Shown: one piece after another, positions 53,391 to 64,000 of the stretch
Layout: every line of letters starts with the position of its first letter
Position numbering within the stretch: position 1 is the first letter of the stretch
Assembly: GCA_963697895.1 (NCBI GenBank)
Contig: OY969100.1
Span: 1,888,001 to 1,952,000 of the forward strand
Reading direction: 5' to 3'
Source: an uncultured Methanomicrobiales archaeon
Lineage (GTDB): Archaea > Halobacteriota > Methanomicrobia > Methanomicrobiales > Methanospirillaceae
Length of the DNA stretch: 64,000 bases
Notes under the pieces: model-generated
The model's input: the letters and a program-made list of their open reading frames with translations, nothing else
What the model was told of the DNA's origin: nothing
Database searches by the model: none
Program-made: the position numbers and the translations under genes

Positions 53391-53870
53391 ATGATCGAAA
53401 AACAGACATTTCAGGGAGTCCCCGGGATACTTCGCCCATTTAAAGCGTATATTGAGCGATCGAAGATTGATGCAGGGAGCCAGATCGTGTATTACGGAGT
53501 GCCGGGAACATGTACCCCTTTTATTGAACTTCTTGGCTTCGCAATCCGGGATCTTCATCTTGCGCAGGTATTCGTCCCCTTCGTGGACGAGAGTCGGGCA
53601 AAAAAGATCATTCCGGTCGTTGATACGGGAATGCAGATTGGCGACCCTGTTCAGATCGACGACCCGAAGGTTGTCGTCGTCATGGGAGGCCTCTCGATGC
53701 CGAACGTCCCGGTAACTCCTCACCAGATGAAGGAGATACTCGATCATCATGATTCGAAAAAACTAGGAGTATGTTTCATGCGGATGTTTGAGAAGGCAGG
53801 GTGGCTCGAAGTTATTTCCTTTGATCTCCTGATCGATGCGAATATTGATCCGGTTGATGTATGGCAGTAA
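53391..53870 (+). CDS. DUF2124-family methanogen protein
   Basis: GVPGTCTPFIELL, MGGLSMP, GVCFMRMF. Confidence 0.75.
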   Translation: MIEKQTFQGVPGILRPFKAYIERSKIDAGSQIVYYGVPGTCTPFIELLGFAIRDLHLAQVFVPFVDESRAKKIIPVVDTGMQIGDPVQIDDPKVVVVMGGLSMPNVPVTPHQMKEILDHHDSKKLGVCFMRMFEKAGWLEVISFDLLIDANIDPVDVWQ

Positions 53871-54036
53871 TGCCATGAAAATTACCTTCAGTTCCGTCAT
53901 CGGATGCCTCTCTCTGGATCCCGATTTCAGGATAGCATTATATCAGATTCCCGAAGGATTTCACATCTCCAGAAATGTACAAAGAAGATCCGGATGTTCA
54001 GTAATTCCGGGGATTCCCCGTTAATATAAAAAAAAG

Positions 54037-54901
54037 TTAGATATAGGGGTTCCGGAGCCCCTTCCCGACACCAAAGGACGCTCGTTCCTCGAGGGTCTTC
54101 TTATTCTTGGTGATCTTCTCGGTCGCAAGCTTGGTCACAAGCTCGAGACCCGGTTTCACCTGTTCGATCGGTTTTGTCTCGAAACAGCCTGCAGCGACGG
54201 CCTTTGCCCAGACACTGTCTCCCTTCTTAGACCGGACAAAGACAGTGCTCCATCCGTCGGGGCTACCGACCGATCCGGTTGAGACATCGGCCCATTCTGC
54301 CACATAATCGAGGCAGACATGGTCTCCCGGCTGGTTGTACTTGTGGGTGACCTTGAGCGGAAGCCCGACAACGTTGCCACGGTCGGTTATAACCGTGAAC
54401 TTGCCCTTTCCGATCTCCATCTTCTTGACGGATTCCATCTTTACACCGGCATGATCTTCCACGAGCTGGACGATGCTCTGGTAGGGGAAGTTCTCCATGC
54501 AGAAAATACCGAGCACTAAGGCGATCTTATCGGGGACATCCCGCATCCCGATCGGATAAATCTGAGCCTTTCCGGACCGCCTGGACCTGGCAGGGGACGC
54601 CGACGATACCGACCTTGTCGAGGCCGAAGCTCCGTGTCGCTTCCTTCAGGAAGGAGACGCTCGGGCATATATTGTACCGTGTTCCCCGGGATTTCATCAG
54701 GTCCTCTTTGGTCATTGCAACCATCGGCCGCGGTCTCCAGGGCTCGTCGCTTGGTCCTGCGACGATTGCACCATCAATGATGCCCTCTTCGAGAGCATAT
54801 GCAAAGAGCGTCGTGACGATTCCGCCATCCTGAGCGCCCTTCAGAATATCCTTATCGGTGCTTCGTGCTGATACACACATCTTGTATTTACCGAGTACCA
54901 T
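54037..54901 (-). CDS. frhB: F420-reducing hydrogenase beta subunit, 1-nt frameshift near 54570
   Basis: [19 protein letters not shown] joins [27 protein letters not shown]. Confidence 0.93.
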
Positions 54902-54910
54902 TTCCATCAC

Positions 54911-55792
54911 CTACTGCATCACCGTAGCAATGAGTTCTTGGATGCTCTCATACTCCGCGAGGAGATCCATGTTCAGGAAGCTCCGCGGGCATTGGGAATA
55001 ACATGCACCGCACTTCACGCAGAGATCACGGGTGCCCTGGGGCTTCCCGTATTCATGGGTGATCGCCCTGACCGGGCATGCCGCTGCGCAGGTCCCGCAT
55101 CCGATGCAGAGGCCCTGGTTAATGACATCGGTCATCAGATCACAGAAGCACGCGGTCGTGCCGCGCTTTGCTAGGTTCATCAACGGAGTCAGGTATTTGG
55201 TTGCGAGATCCTTCTGCTCTTTGGTTCCCTTCAGAAGCAGATATGCCATGATTGCGACATTCCGGATCATCTGGGGGGTCGGAGCACAGCCGGGGATATA
55301 GACATCCACGTTGATCAGGTCATTTACCGGCAGGAATGCCTCGTGTTTGGGCTGGTTCTGCTGGCCACCCCGGGCGAACCGGGTGATATTTCCATAACAG
55401 GCACAACCTCCGACCGCGACGACGACCGCCGCTTTCTCTCTGGTCTGCTTGATCTCCTCAACCGCTAGTTTGTCATTGATACAGACGGAACCCTCGACCA
55501 GTGCCACATCCATCTTTGGGATATGCCGGACATCCGCGAGCGTCAACCCGTAGACGAGGTCTGCATACTTGTCCAGCAGGGTTAAGAGTCCTCCATAATT
55601 GTCTGCTAATGACACAAGACAGCCAGTGCACCCACTCATGTGCACATGGCCGATTGTAATCTTGTCTGCCACAGGCTTTTCCTCCTTTTTGGTTGTTTCC
55701 ACCTTTTTTTCCATGTCAGCCTTCGGGGGAGCAGCTTTTGCCTTCGTCTCCTGGCCGACATCCTTCTTGAAGATGCTTGATAGTAGTCCCAT
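54911..55792 (-). CDS. frhG: F420-reducing hydrogenase gamma subunit (alternative internal GTG start at 55672)
   Basis: HMSGCTGC, GGCACYG, PGCAP, CIGCGTCAAACP, CVKCGACYSQCPR. Confidence 0.93.
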   Translation of the reverse strand: MGLLSSIFKKDVGQETKAKAAPPKADMEKKVETTKKEEKPVADKITIGHVHMSGCTGCLVSLADNYGGLLTLLDKYADLVYGLTLADVRHIPKMDVALVEGSVCINDKLAVEEIKQTREKAAVVVAVGGCACYGNITRFARGGQQNQPKHEAFLPVNDLINVDVYIPGCAPTPQMIRNVAIMAYLLLKGTKEQKDLATKYLTPLMNLAKRGTTACFCDLMTDVINQGLCIGCGTCAAACPVRAITHEYGKPQGTRDLCVKCGACYSQCPRSFLNMDLLAEYESIQELIATVMQ

Positions 55793-56252
55793 AATCCACC
55801 CCAATCAGTTCGAGTACGATCCGTACCGTCCTGGGAATAGCATTGAGAACCTCCTCAGTGAGCCCTATTTCAAATTCAGGCGCTGTAACACGTTTCGGCT
55901 GGCATCCGATCACCGTGATATCGATCCGGTCTTTCAGGCGTTCGAGCGGCTCGGTCAGGTCCCACGAATGGGCATCCCGGTAGCTTCCGGCTGGCAGGTC
56001 TTCGACCCTGAACTGTCCGATCGTCCCGGGTTCCGCACCGAAATCGGCGATGTCGATGATCACCAGTTTTCTGGTCACGGCAGGATCCAGGAGGGTAAAA
56101 ACAAAATGCGGGCCGCCGAGGCCCACGTCGATTACCTTGACCCGTTCAGGAAGCGATAATTTCGCCAGCTCTTCAACTACTGCCGGCCCGAAGCCGTCAT
56201 CCCCAAAGAGCGGGTTTCCACACCCTACTACCACGATTTCCGGATACAGCAT
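55716..56252 (-). CDS. frhD: Hydrogenase maturation protease FrhD
   Basis: GCGNPLFGDDGFG, IIDIAD, DAH. Confidence 0.92.
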   Translation of the reverse strand: MLYPEIVVVGCGNPLFGDDGFGPAVVEELAKLSLPERVKVIDVGLGGPHFVFTLLDPAVTRKLVIIDIADFGAEPGTIGQFRVEDLPAGSYRDAHSWDLTEPLERLKDRIDITVIGCQPKRVTAPEFEIGLTEEVLNAIPRTVRIVLELIGVDYGTTIKHLQEGCRPGDEGKSCSPEG

Positions 56253-56261
56253 GAGTTACAC

Positions 56262-57630
56262 TCACTGCAGGAGTTTCTGAGCCACTATCTTCCTGTCCTC
56301 ATCGATGACAATCATATGGGTTGCACATGATACACAGGGGTCGTACGCCCGCACTACCATCTCTGCGAGTCTGCCACGGGGCACCCACCAGGGCGCGGCT
56401 GCAGGTTGCAAAGTTCCAGGTCGTCGGAACCAGCAGGGTATAATGCTGCACTTTGCCGTCCTTGACCTGGGCGATATGGACGTCCGTTCCTCTCGGGGCT
56501 TCATTTGCCGCCCACCCGATGGAACCGTCACCCTGGGGGATGTGGTCAGCGAGTACCTTCCCGTGGGGGTCCAGCGCATCGAGCGCGTTGATCATGGTAT
56601 AGAGACAATCCGTGTACTCCATCTGCCGGGCAACATGCTGGCCGATGGTTCCCTTCTCATCGAATCCCTTGAATTTCACCAGGCGGGCGCGGGGACCGAC
56701 TTCTACCGGTGCACCATCGTACATCGGCACACCAGTGCAGGCCTCCATCTGGGGGTTTGCGACGGTGCCTACCGGAGACGTGCCTCCGACAGGGTAGTTC
56801 GGGTCTGCAAGATCGACAGTGACTTCGCCCATATACCAGTCCCATGGCCGGGTTTCCTTAAACCGCTCCAGTGCCCAGGTCGGATTCTCCGAGTGGCTGG
56901 TGGTTCCATAGACGGGGTCCGTCGCCATATATCCCTGGTCGTGGTATCCGAGGTTCTTCGGGATCATGATCTTCTTCCCGCCGACATCTGTCCAGTCGCG
57001 CTTCTGGAAGTTGCGCAGCACGGCGATCATGAACTCCATCTGTTCATGCGCGAGGACGACTCCTTCCTTGGCGAGATCGTACATCTTCTTCTTGGCGAGC
57101 GGGGAGACGTTCCGGTACATACCACCGACACGGGGGTTGCTCGGGTGTACCGCTTCTCCGCCTGCAATCTGGGAGACCGTCTGAGCGATCTCACGGAGCC
57201 TCTGGATACGTTTTGCGACCGACCGCACCGGCTCTGCCGGTGTGAACGGGTTGATCTTCGTCTCCGTTCCCGGGACGTAAAAGTCGGGGAGGATCAGGAT
57301 ATTATGCAGTGCAATGCTGTGCAGCCTGTTAGCACACTGGAGGATCACCCTCAGGTGCCGTGCATCCTTCGGATACCAGCACTTGATGGATGCCTCCATT
57401 GCTTCGATACCAGCAAGGGTGTGTGCCACGGGGCAGATACCACAGACGCGGGACGCAATCTTTGGCGCCTGCTCCATGGTCTTCCCAATGGCAAGCTTCT
57501 CGACTCCTCTCACGGGAGTGATGGAGAGCCAGTTACCAACCTCAACGATACCCTCGTCGTTGACCTTCAAAACAAGTTTTGAATGTCCCTCATGTCTCGT
57601 GGTTGGGGAAATCTCTACAACTTTCGACAA
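56262..57630 (-). CDS. frhA: F420-reducing hydrogenase alpha ([NiFe]) subunit, 1-nt frameshift near 56370
   Basis: RHEGH, RVCGICP, EAPRG, VPTTWN; C-terminal [12 protein letters not shown] lies in the shifted frame. Confidence 0.95.
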
Positions 57631-58002
57631 TATTATCGCCTCATAGTATTGAGTTGTTCAGATCGCGATACCGGTGTAATCCACACATATCTCGTGTTTT
57701 CGAGATGTTGACCGTACTCAGTACGTTCAGGAATAGGTTTGCCATCTAATATTATATATCTCCTTTGGCAATAATCCGGTTCCAGATAGGGTTACAATAA
57801 GTTAACAAAAAGCATATAAGCCGTTATTTATCCACTATATAAACATGATGATTCGTCAATGCGGTTCCCGGGATAATACCGCCCGGCAATGGTGTCACCG
57901 AAAAATTCAGGGGCAAAATCCGTTATCCTCTCAAAAATGAATTGATTCCAAATGCAGATCCGGAATCAGGGGGACGATCACAAAAAAAAAATTAACCAAA
58001 GT

Positions 58003-58950
58003 TTAGCCCTGCATTTCCCCATTGAGTTCAACGAACAACTCGGCCATCGTTGCCTGCCGTTCTGCGTATGCATCGTGCTGGTGAATGCTCTCCTCGTTCG
58101 TCTGTTTAATGGTCACCAGTGAGTCCCCCGGGAGATGAGAGAAGGTAGCGAGTACTTTCTGTGCCATCTCACGCACACAGTCCTCGACGAACCGGGGATT
58201 CTTATGTGCAGAATGAACGACATAACTCTCATCTCCCCGTTTTAATAATTCAAATATGGGAGCACTCATCGAATCTTTGAGTATCTGTATGATCTTTTCG
58301 AGTTCCACGTGCTGGTCATCGTCGGTCTCGATACAGAGAAATCCCCGCCCCCGTTGATTATGGGTGGCCATGGGGACTTCCTCGAGGAAGAGATCGATCT
58401 TGTTATCCTCAATGCCCAGATTCTGGAGGACATACATTGCCCGTTCTTTCATGATATTCTGAGCGCAGGGACATGCCGTCATCCCGGTCACCTCGGCTCC
58501 GATGCTCTTCCGTACGATCGGTGCCCGGAAGGTGCGCCGGGCAATAGCACGGGCGAGGACCTTGACAACCTCGTGGCAACTCGTATGAGAAACCGGCGTC
58601 TCCCGTTTGATCATGAACTGGCTCTTCATCAGCACTTCGGTCCGGTCGGCATATTCATGGCGGTCAAGCAGTTTTCGCGCGACGACGCTGCACAATTCCT
58701 CGATCTCTTTCACCTCTCCGTCGATCGCCTGCTGGAGGACTTCATCTATCACCTCGAAGTTCCGTGAGAGATTGGCACCCTTGAGACTGCCTGGCAGATC
58801 GACAAAGACATCAAAATTGGAGATAAAAATCATGGGCCGCTTGTCGCGTCGGGATACCTCGACCAGCTTTTTCACGTTTTTCACCCCGACGCGGGTGAGG
58901 TTGATCCGGACATCCGGGGTGGTTGACTGCACATCGGGCAGTTCCTGCGA
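58003..58950 (-). CDS. mptA: GTP cyclohydrolase IV MptA (start uncertain; probable TTG disrupted near 58950)
   Basis: LPDVQ, LTRVGV, KGANLSRN, TACPC, THNQRG, LLKR.DE, PRFVED, EESIHQHDA. Confidence 0.9.
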   Translation of the reverse strand, partial: SQELPDVQSTTPDVRINLTRVGVKNVKKLVEVSRRDKRPMIFISNFDVFVDLPGSLKGANLSRNFEVIDEVLQQAIDGEVKEIEELCSVVARKLLDRHEYADRTEVLMKSQFMIKRETPVSHTSCHEVVKVLARAIARRTFRAPIVRKSIGAEVTGMTACPCAQNIMKERAMYVLQNLGIEDNKIDLFLEEVPMATHNQRGRGFLCIETDDDQHVELEKIIQILKDSMSAPIFELLKRGDESYVVHSAHKNPRFVEDCVREMAQKVLATFSHLPGDSLVTIKQTNEESIHQHDAYAERQATMAELFVELNGEMQG

Positions 58951-59079
58951 AAATCTCTGTGTAATAGAATTATTAATGGCGCATCTCTCCAGAAACAAAT
59001 AGCGTTTTCGTTGCGGAACTAACATCAATTTATAAAATATTTAAGTGCTCTGTTGCTGATATAAATCAGGGTATGAACT

Positions 59080-60069
59080 ATGGTAAAAAAATTCTACGAC
59101 GAAGATGCCGATCAACAGATATTTGACGGTAAAAAAGTGGCGGTGATCGGATATGGCTCCCAGGGCCGGGGGCAGGCGTTAAACCTCCGAGACAGTGGTT
59201 TTGATGTGATCATCGGACTCCGGCCGGGAAAAAGCTGGAATAACGCATCTGCAGACGGGTTCAAGGTATATCCCGTAACAGATGCGGTAAAAATGGCGCA
59301 GGTGGTCCAGATCCTGCTGCCGGACGAACACCAGGCCGCCGTGTACCGGACAGAGATCCGTCCGCACATGACCGAAAACAAATGCCTGATGTTCTCCCAC
59401 GGGTTTAATATCCACTTTGGTCAGATCGTCCCCCCGCCAAACATCGATGTGATCATGGTCGCCCCGAAAGGGCCCGGCTTCATGGTCAGGAGAACATACG
59501 AGGAGGGGAACGGCGTACCGGCACTCATTGCAGTCTACCAGGACTACACCGGTAATGCCCACAAGCTTGCGCTTGCATACGCCAAAGGAATCGGCGCCAC
59601 CAGAGCCGTGGTACTGGAGACGACCTTCCGGGAGGAGACAGAGACCGACCTCTTCGGAGAACAGGCGGTCCTCTGCGGAGGTATCACCTCCCTGATCAAG
59701 GCCGGGTTCGAGACGCTGGTCGATGCGGGATACGACCCGGAGATGGCTTACCTCGAGGTTCTCCACGAGACAAAGCTCATCGTAGATCTGATCTATGAGG
59801 GAGGATTTACAAAGATGCGGCAGTACATCAGCAACACCGCCCAGTACGGCGACCTGACCCGCGGTCCACGGGTGATCGGTCCCGAAGCGTATGAGGCGAT
59901 GCAGGAGATTCTCAGCGAGATCCAGAGCGGGGAATTTGCCAGGGAGTGGATGCTTGAGAACCTCGTTAACCGTCCCGTTTTTAATGCTCTCACGCGGGCC
60001 GATGAAGAACACCTCATCGAGGAGGTCGGGAAGGAAATACGGACGTTCATGCCACAGTTCAAAAAATAG
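59080..60069 (+). CDS. ilvC: Ketol-acid reductoisomerase
   Basis: [42 protein letters not shown]. Confidence 0.97.
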   Translation: MVKKFYDEDADQQIFDGKKVAVIGYGSQGRGQALNLRDSGFDVIIGLRPGKSWNNASADGFKVYPVTDAVKMAQVVQILLPDEHQAAVYRTEIRPHMTENKCLMFSHGFNIHFGQIVPPPNIDVIMVAPKGPGFMVRRTYEEGNGVPALIAVYQDYTGNAHKLALAYAKGIGATRAVVLETTFREETETDLFGEQAVLCGGITSLIKAGFETLVDAGYDPEMAYLEVLHETKLIVDLIYEGGFTKMRQYISNTAQYGDLTRGPRVIGPEAYEAMQEILSEIQSGEFAREWMLENLVNRPVFNALTRADEEHLIEEVGKEIRTFMPQFKK

Positions 60070-60206
60070 ACGACATCTTTTTTTCTATCCCACAATGGCA
60101 TATAGTGATATCCGGAAAAACAGGAACGGGAATGGTGAATTAAGTCCCTGAATGCCTCTCATGGCGACGCCCGATATGAGTTGAGGGACGGTTTATCGGT
60201 TAATCC

Positions 60207-62285
60207 CTATGGCGAGAACGACATAAGAGTGGTCAACGAAGCAAGCGCAGCCTGCAGTTCTTCAGGAAGAACCTCCATCCGTGACCCTCTGCAACTGATA
60301 TCCAGGCAATTACCCCCGGTCTCCCCGATTATCCGGTAATCCAGCCCACATAACGAGGAATCCTCCTCGAACGCAACCAGGAACCTCCCGTACGTCTCGG
60401 AGAAGAGCTCCTCGAGGGCATCTCCATCCAGTTGAACCATTGAACGGGGACAGAGATGGGCCAGTGCGGCGAGGAGCCCCCCTTGTGACAGGTCGGTCAC
60501 CGCAAGGAGGTCGCATTCCTCAACTTTTTCACGTATCACGCTTAGTATTCCGCAATCCGCTACCGGTGGGGCTTCACCGCCGCAGCCGGTAAGGGCATCC
60601 AGAATGGATCCCCCAAAATGGGGGCCGGTCTTCCCCGCAATGGCAAGTTTGGCACCCTCCGGAATCTCCGCGGACGTTCTGACCGGGCATTTTCCCACCA
60701 TGCCGATCGAGAGGGTCGGCTTGATCTGGCTGTCAAACTCATCACTCTCGTTATACAGGGAAACGTTTCCCCCTACGATCGGCGTGTCCAGCATCCGTGC
60801 CATCTCCCCCATGCCGAGAACCGCTTCTTCCATCTGCCAGGCGATCTCAGGGTGGACCGGGCTTGCAAAGTTGAGACAATTCACGATGCAGAGGGGTTTC
60901 CCTCCAACGCAGGCAAGATTGGCCGCATTTTCGAAGACCGCATTTGCTGCACCTGCCCGGGGACGGATATACATCTGTCGGGGGTTACACCCGCAGGATA
61001 ATGCGAGTCCGGCATCTTCGAGCCTGAGCACTGCAGCATCCCGATGAAGGGATACGGTATGTAACTGAACATCATGATCGTACTGTTCGAAAACCCAGGA
61101 TTTATCCGCCACTTCCGGGTGGGAAAGGACCTGAACTGCGAGCTGCTTCAGGTCTCCCGACGGTGGGACGAACGGTGTTTCCGCGGTGTACGCCCTCTTC
61201 TCCCACCTGCAGACGGGTGCGCCGCCCACAAGAAGCGGGATTGGGAGGTCGCAGACGACAGTCCCCCGGAACTTGACGATATACCGGGGTTCCCGGATGA
61301 CCTCACCGATATCGCTCCATTTCAGGTCGTACTTATCCGCAATACGCCCGATAAGCGGAACATCCCCCGGGGCAACCTCCACAAGCATGCGTTCCTGTGA
61401 TTCGGCAAGCATGATCTCCACCGGCCGCATCCCGCTCTCACGCTGGTGGACCCGGTCCGCATGGAAAACTCCGCCAAACGTGCTGCACATCTCGCTCGAC
61501 GCCCCGGCAAGGCCTGCAGCCCCGAGGTCACGACACGAGAGCACCTTACCGGTCTCCGCCATCTCAAGGATCGCCTCGATCAGGAGCTTTTCGGTGAAGG
61601 GGTCGCCGATCTGAACACTGGGCCGGTCGGCCGCCTCGGCATCCTCTGAGAGATCGCGGGATGCAAAAGACGCACCACCGAGCCCGTCACGACCGGTGGA
61701 TGCCCCCACCAGGACAAGGTGGTTCCCTGGCCTCTTCACCCGTGCCGTGATATAACGGTCCGGGTCGACGACACCCACACAGACGACATTGACAAGCGGG
61801 TTGCCATTGTACCCGTCATCGAAGAATAGATCGCCACGGATAACCGGGACCCCGATGCAGTTGCCGTATCCGCCGATACCTGCCACCACATGCTCCATCA
61901 GGTACCGGTTTTTTTCCCGGTCCAAAGGGCCGAAATAGAGCGGATCCATCAGAGCGACGGGTCGCGAACCCATGGAGAGCACATCCCGCACAATCCCCCC
62001 GACTCCCGTGGCAGCACCATCGTGGGGATCCACATAACTCGGATGGTTATGGCTCTCCATACTGATGGTGATCGCGCACGTTTCGGTAAACCGCACAACC
62101 GCTGCATCGTCGCCCGGCCCGAGTAGGACGTCCGGCCCGGTCGTCGGGAGAGTCTTTAAAAGATACCTGGTAGACCGGTAACTGCAATGTTCGCTCCAGA
62201 GGTTCTCGAAACAGGCAATCTCCAGTTCGGTTGGGTCGCGATGCAGGTGACCCCGGATCTCCCGGAGGTCTTCGGCGGATAACAT
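60207..62285 (-). CDS. purL: Phosphoribosylformylglycinamidine synthase subunit PurL
   Basis: [44 protein letters not shown]. Confidence 0.96.
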   Translation of the reverse strand: MLSAEDLREIRGHLHRDPTELEIACFENLWSEHCSYRSTRYLLKTLPTTGPDVLLGPGDDAAVVRFTETCAITISMESHNHPSYVDPHDGAATGVGGIVRDVLSMGSRPVALMDPLYFGPLDREKNRYLMEHVVAGIGGYGNCIGVPVIRGDLFFDDGYNGNPLVNVVCVGVVDPDRYITARVKRPGNHLVLVGASTGRDGLGGASFASRDLSEDAEAADRPSVQIGDPFTEKLLIEAILEMAETGKVLSCRDLGAAGLAGASSEMCSTFGGVFHADRVHQRESGMRPVEIMLAESQERMLVEVAPGDVPLIGRIADKYDLKWSDIGEVIREPRYIVKFRGTVVCDLPIPLLVGGAPVCRWEKRAYTAETPFVPPSGDLKQLAVQVLSHPEVADKSWVFEQYDHDVQLHTVSLHRDAAVLRLEDAGLALSCGCNPRQMYIRPRAGAANAVFENAANLACVGGKPLCIVNCLNFASPVHPEIAWQMEEAVLGMGEMARMLDTPIVGGNVSLYNESDEFDSQIKPTLSIGMVGKCPVRTSAEIPEGAKLAIAGKTGPHFGGSILDALTGCGGEAPPVADCGILSVIREKVEECDLLAVTDLSQGGLLAALAHLCPRSMVQLDGDALEELFSETYGRFLVAFEEDSSLCGLDYRIIGETGGNCLDISCRGSRMEVLPEELQAALASLTTLMSFSP

Positions 62286-62376
62286 ATCTTCTCATTTTTT
62301 TCTGCTGACGTTAATATCCATCGGGCGAATCTGCAGGATGGGATATCTTTTACCCCGTCTCCGCCCATTATATACT

Positions 62377-62994
62377 ATGGTTGAAAGTTACGAGGCGCTC
62401 CTGAAAAAAGCATATACCGGTGTGACTGAGCCGGTCGAGTCGACCGAGCGGTTCAGTGTTCCGGAGGTCAAGGCATATATCGAGGGGAAAACAACGGTAT
62501 TTGAAAACTTCGCCGAGATCGCCGGTATTATCCGGCGGGATCAGGATCACTTCATGAAATTCCTCCTCGGGGAGCTGGGTACTGCAGGAAAGATCGACGG
62601 AAACCGTGCCATTTTCAATGGTAAATTTGAACCTTCGCTCCTCGCATCGCTCGTGAAAAGTTACGTCGACGACTATGTGATCTGTTCGGAGTGCGGAAAA
62701 CCGGATACGCGTCTCGTCAAGGATGATCGCATCCTTCTGCTCCGGTGCGATGCATGCGGTGGCCACCGACCTGTGAGGAAACGGAAAGCACGAAGTGAAC
62801 CGATTACGAACGAGTTGCAGGAAGGGGCCGTTCTGGATGTAGAGATCCAGTCAGTGAGCAAGCGGGGTGACGGTGTTGTGAAGATGGGCCGCTACATCAT
62901 GTATGTCGCAAATGCAAAACCAGGACAGACAGTAAAAGTTAAAATCTCCCGAATATCAGGATCCATTGTTTTCACGGAACGAGCGACCGAGTGA
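62377..62994 (+). CDS. eif2b: Translation initiation factor 2 subunit beta with C-terminal TRAM domain
   Basis: [28 protein letters not shown]; TRAM (KRGDGV). Confidence 0.94.
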   Translation: MVESYEALLKKAYTGVTEPVESTERFSVPEVKAYIEGKTTVFENFAEIAGIIRRDQDHFMKFLLGELGTAGKIDGNRAIFNGKFEPSLLASLVKSYVDDYVICSECGKPDTRLVKDDRILLLRCDACGGHRPVRKRKARSEPITNELQEGAVLDVEIQSVSKRGDGVVKMGRYIMYVANAKPGQTVKVKISRISGSIVFTERATE

Positions 62995-63059
62995 GGAAAC
63001 ACCCGGCGACAAACTCCCCCGCTCCGTTCCTCTAAATAGTGAGAAGCCTGAAATATTCC

Positions 63060-63326
63060 TTATTTTTTTATCTTTTCCAGCAGTTCGTCGCAATAACCTG
63101 ACAACCGCTGACACGCCTCCTTTATTGCCGTGAGGGGGTCTTTCTTTCCATTTGTGGTTACAAGGAGTTCCGGATCGGAAAATTGGAACTCGATGGTGTA
63201 TTTTGCGATATCCACATCGGGATCCCGCAGGATCTCCTCGGTGAGGGCATTCATAAAAGTATGACCCTCGCCCTGGAGGACGATCCGTGCTTTGTCACGC
63301 TCGAGCTCGAGTATTTTTATATTCAT
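63060..63326 (-). CDS. rpoL: RNA polymerase subunit Rpo11 (L)
   Basis: GEGHTFMNAL, DVDIAKY, DP..AIKEA. Confidence 0.9.
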   Translation of the reverse strand: MNIKILELERDKARIVLQGEGHTFMNALTEEILRDPDVDIAKYTIEFQFSDPELLVTTNGKKDPLTAIKEACQRLSGYCDELLEKIKK

Positions 63327-63426
63327 CCACCTATATCTGGGGAGTTTGGGAAAATATAAGTATTGGTGGCGTCTGCCATGCACTTCCCACTCCCCGGAAA
63401 AACTCCGTTTCTGCTTTTCCGGGATC

Positions 63427-64000
63427 TTACATGACCGGGTCGGGGAAATAAAAACACTCCCCGTCCTGGCCAAGGTGCGGGAGTCTCCAGGGCATAGTAT
63501 GACTCAGGTGAACACAGCGGAAATCCTTAACCCGCAGTTCTTCCGCGAGAGTGCAGGCCTCACGATAATTCATGTGCTTGGCGATATGGTATCCATCCGG
63601 CACCAGCGCATCGACGAGGAGGAGATCCGACCCGTGAAGGAGTCTACGGCTTTCCGGTGAGATGTCTGCACGCGTATCGGATGTATAACCGATATACGCA
63701 TCGTCAGATCGTATGATCAGACCACAGGTATACGCGGGGGGGTGGTTTACCTCGATGAAGGTGAATTCAAGCCCGTAAAGATGGAACGGGTGAAAGGCAT
63801 CACATAGATTTCGCTTGAACGCGAGGAACTTGAATATCCCCCCGCAATACTCCATAACCGGCGGGGGTGCATACACCGGGGGCATTTCCTGGACACGATA
63901 AAACTCCCCGAACCCCATGAAATGGTCATAATGACCGTGTGTCCAGAGTACCGCATCGATATGAGGAGATCCATAGGTAATCAACTGCTGTCGGAGATCC
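63427..64000 (-). CDS. MBL-fold metallo-hydrolase, PhnP-like (5'-truncated)
   Basis: THGHYDH, EVNHPP, YTSDT, KHMN, HLSH. Confidence 0.88.
   Translation of the reverse strand, partial: DLRQQLITYGSPHIDAVLWTHGHYDHFMGFGEFYRVQEMPPVYAPPPVMEYCGGIFKFLAFKRNLCDAFHPFHLYGLEFTFIEVNHPPAYTCGLIIRSDDAYIGYTSDTRADISPESRRLLHGSDLLLVDALVPDGYHIAKHMNYREACTLAEELRVKDFRCVHLSHTMPWRLPHLGQDGECFYFPDPVM

Noticed and set aside
56262-56400. Possible selenocysteine or recoding at the FrhA C-terminus
   Set aside because: The motif is DPCVSC with ordinary Cys codons; the break is a 1-nt frameshift, not an in-frame TGA
56305-57582. 425-aa + strand ORF, and similar long antisense ORFs (18965-20023, 46706-47860, 28379-29296, 59179-60012)
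   Set aside because: Shadow ORFs opposite well-conserved genes with strong codon bias; no motifs
62800-62994. Extra C-terminal domain on aIF2beta
   Set aside because: TRAM fusion is known in Methanomicrobia and Thermoplasmata

Overview
This window is core chromosome of a hydrogenotrophic methanogenic archaeon, most consistent with Methanomicrobiales (Methanoregula/Methanolinea-like). That placement is inferred from frhADGB, sepS, mptA, the Kae1-Bud32 fusion, TRAM-fused aIF2beta and aglB. In order, it holds: pcm/cyclase/glmM-glmU-glmU2-glmS; an AT-rich glycosylation cassette (4 glycosyltransferases, 3 SAM methyltransferases) running into aglB; HDAC, DUF2098, nikR; the aIF2gamma-PIN-rpoE1-spt4-DUF359-rps24e-rps27ae-kae1/bud32-rdgB-rpl40e cluster; thi4, htpX, tRNA-Gly and tRNA-Val; an accessory stretch (rubredoxin, arginine deiminase, stand-alone LigD phosphoesterase and ligase, secreted TPR protein, radical SAM/SPASM enzyme with a small Cys/His protein, Yip1, rlmH, khtTU); a minus-strand queDEC-NUDIX-hydrolase-prf1-argS-taw1-sepS run; rps12-rps7-EF2; cyclophilin, DUF362, small GTPase, flavodoxin, DUF2124; frhADGB; mptA, ilvC, purL, aIF2beta, rpoL and a partial MBL hydrolase. 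About ten genes, several essential, carry single-base indels that look like sequencing or assembly errors. I saw no CRISPR array, transposase or integrase, and no clear-cut new system is proven. The best leads are the methyltransferase-rich glycan cassette with a compositionally mosaic aglB, the TPR/radical SAM/small-protein group, the Ku-less NHEJ pair, a dual-start FrhG and palindromes upstream of nikR. All family calls come from motif recognition by eye, not database searches.
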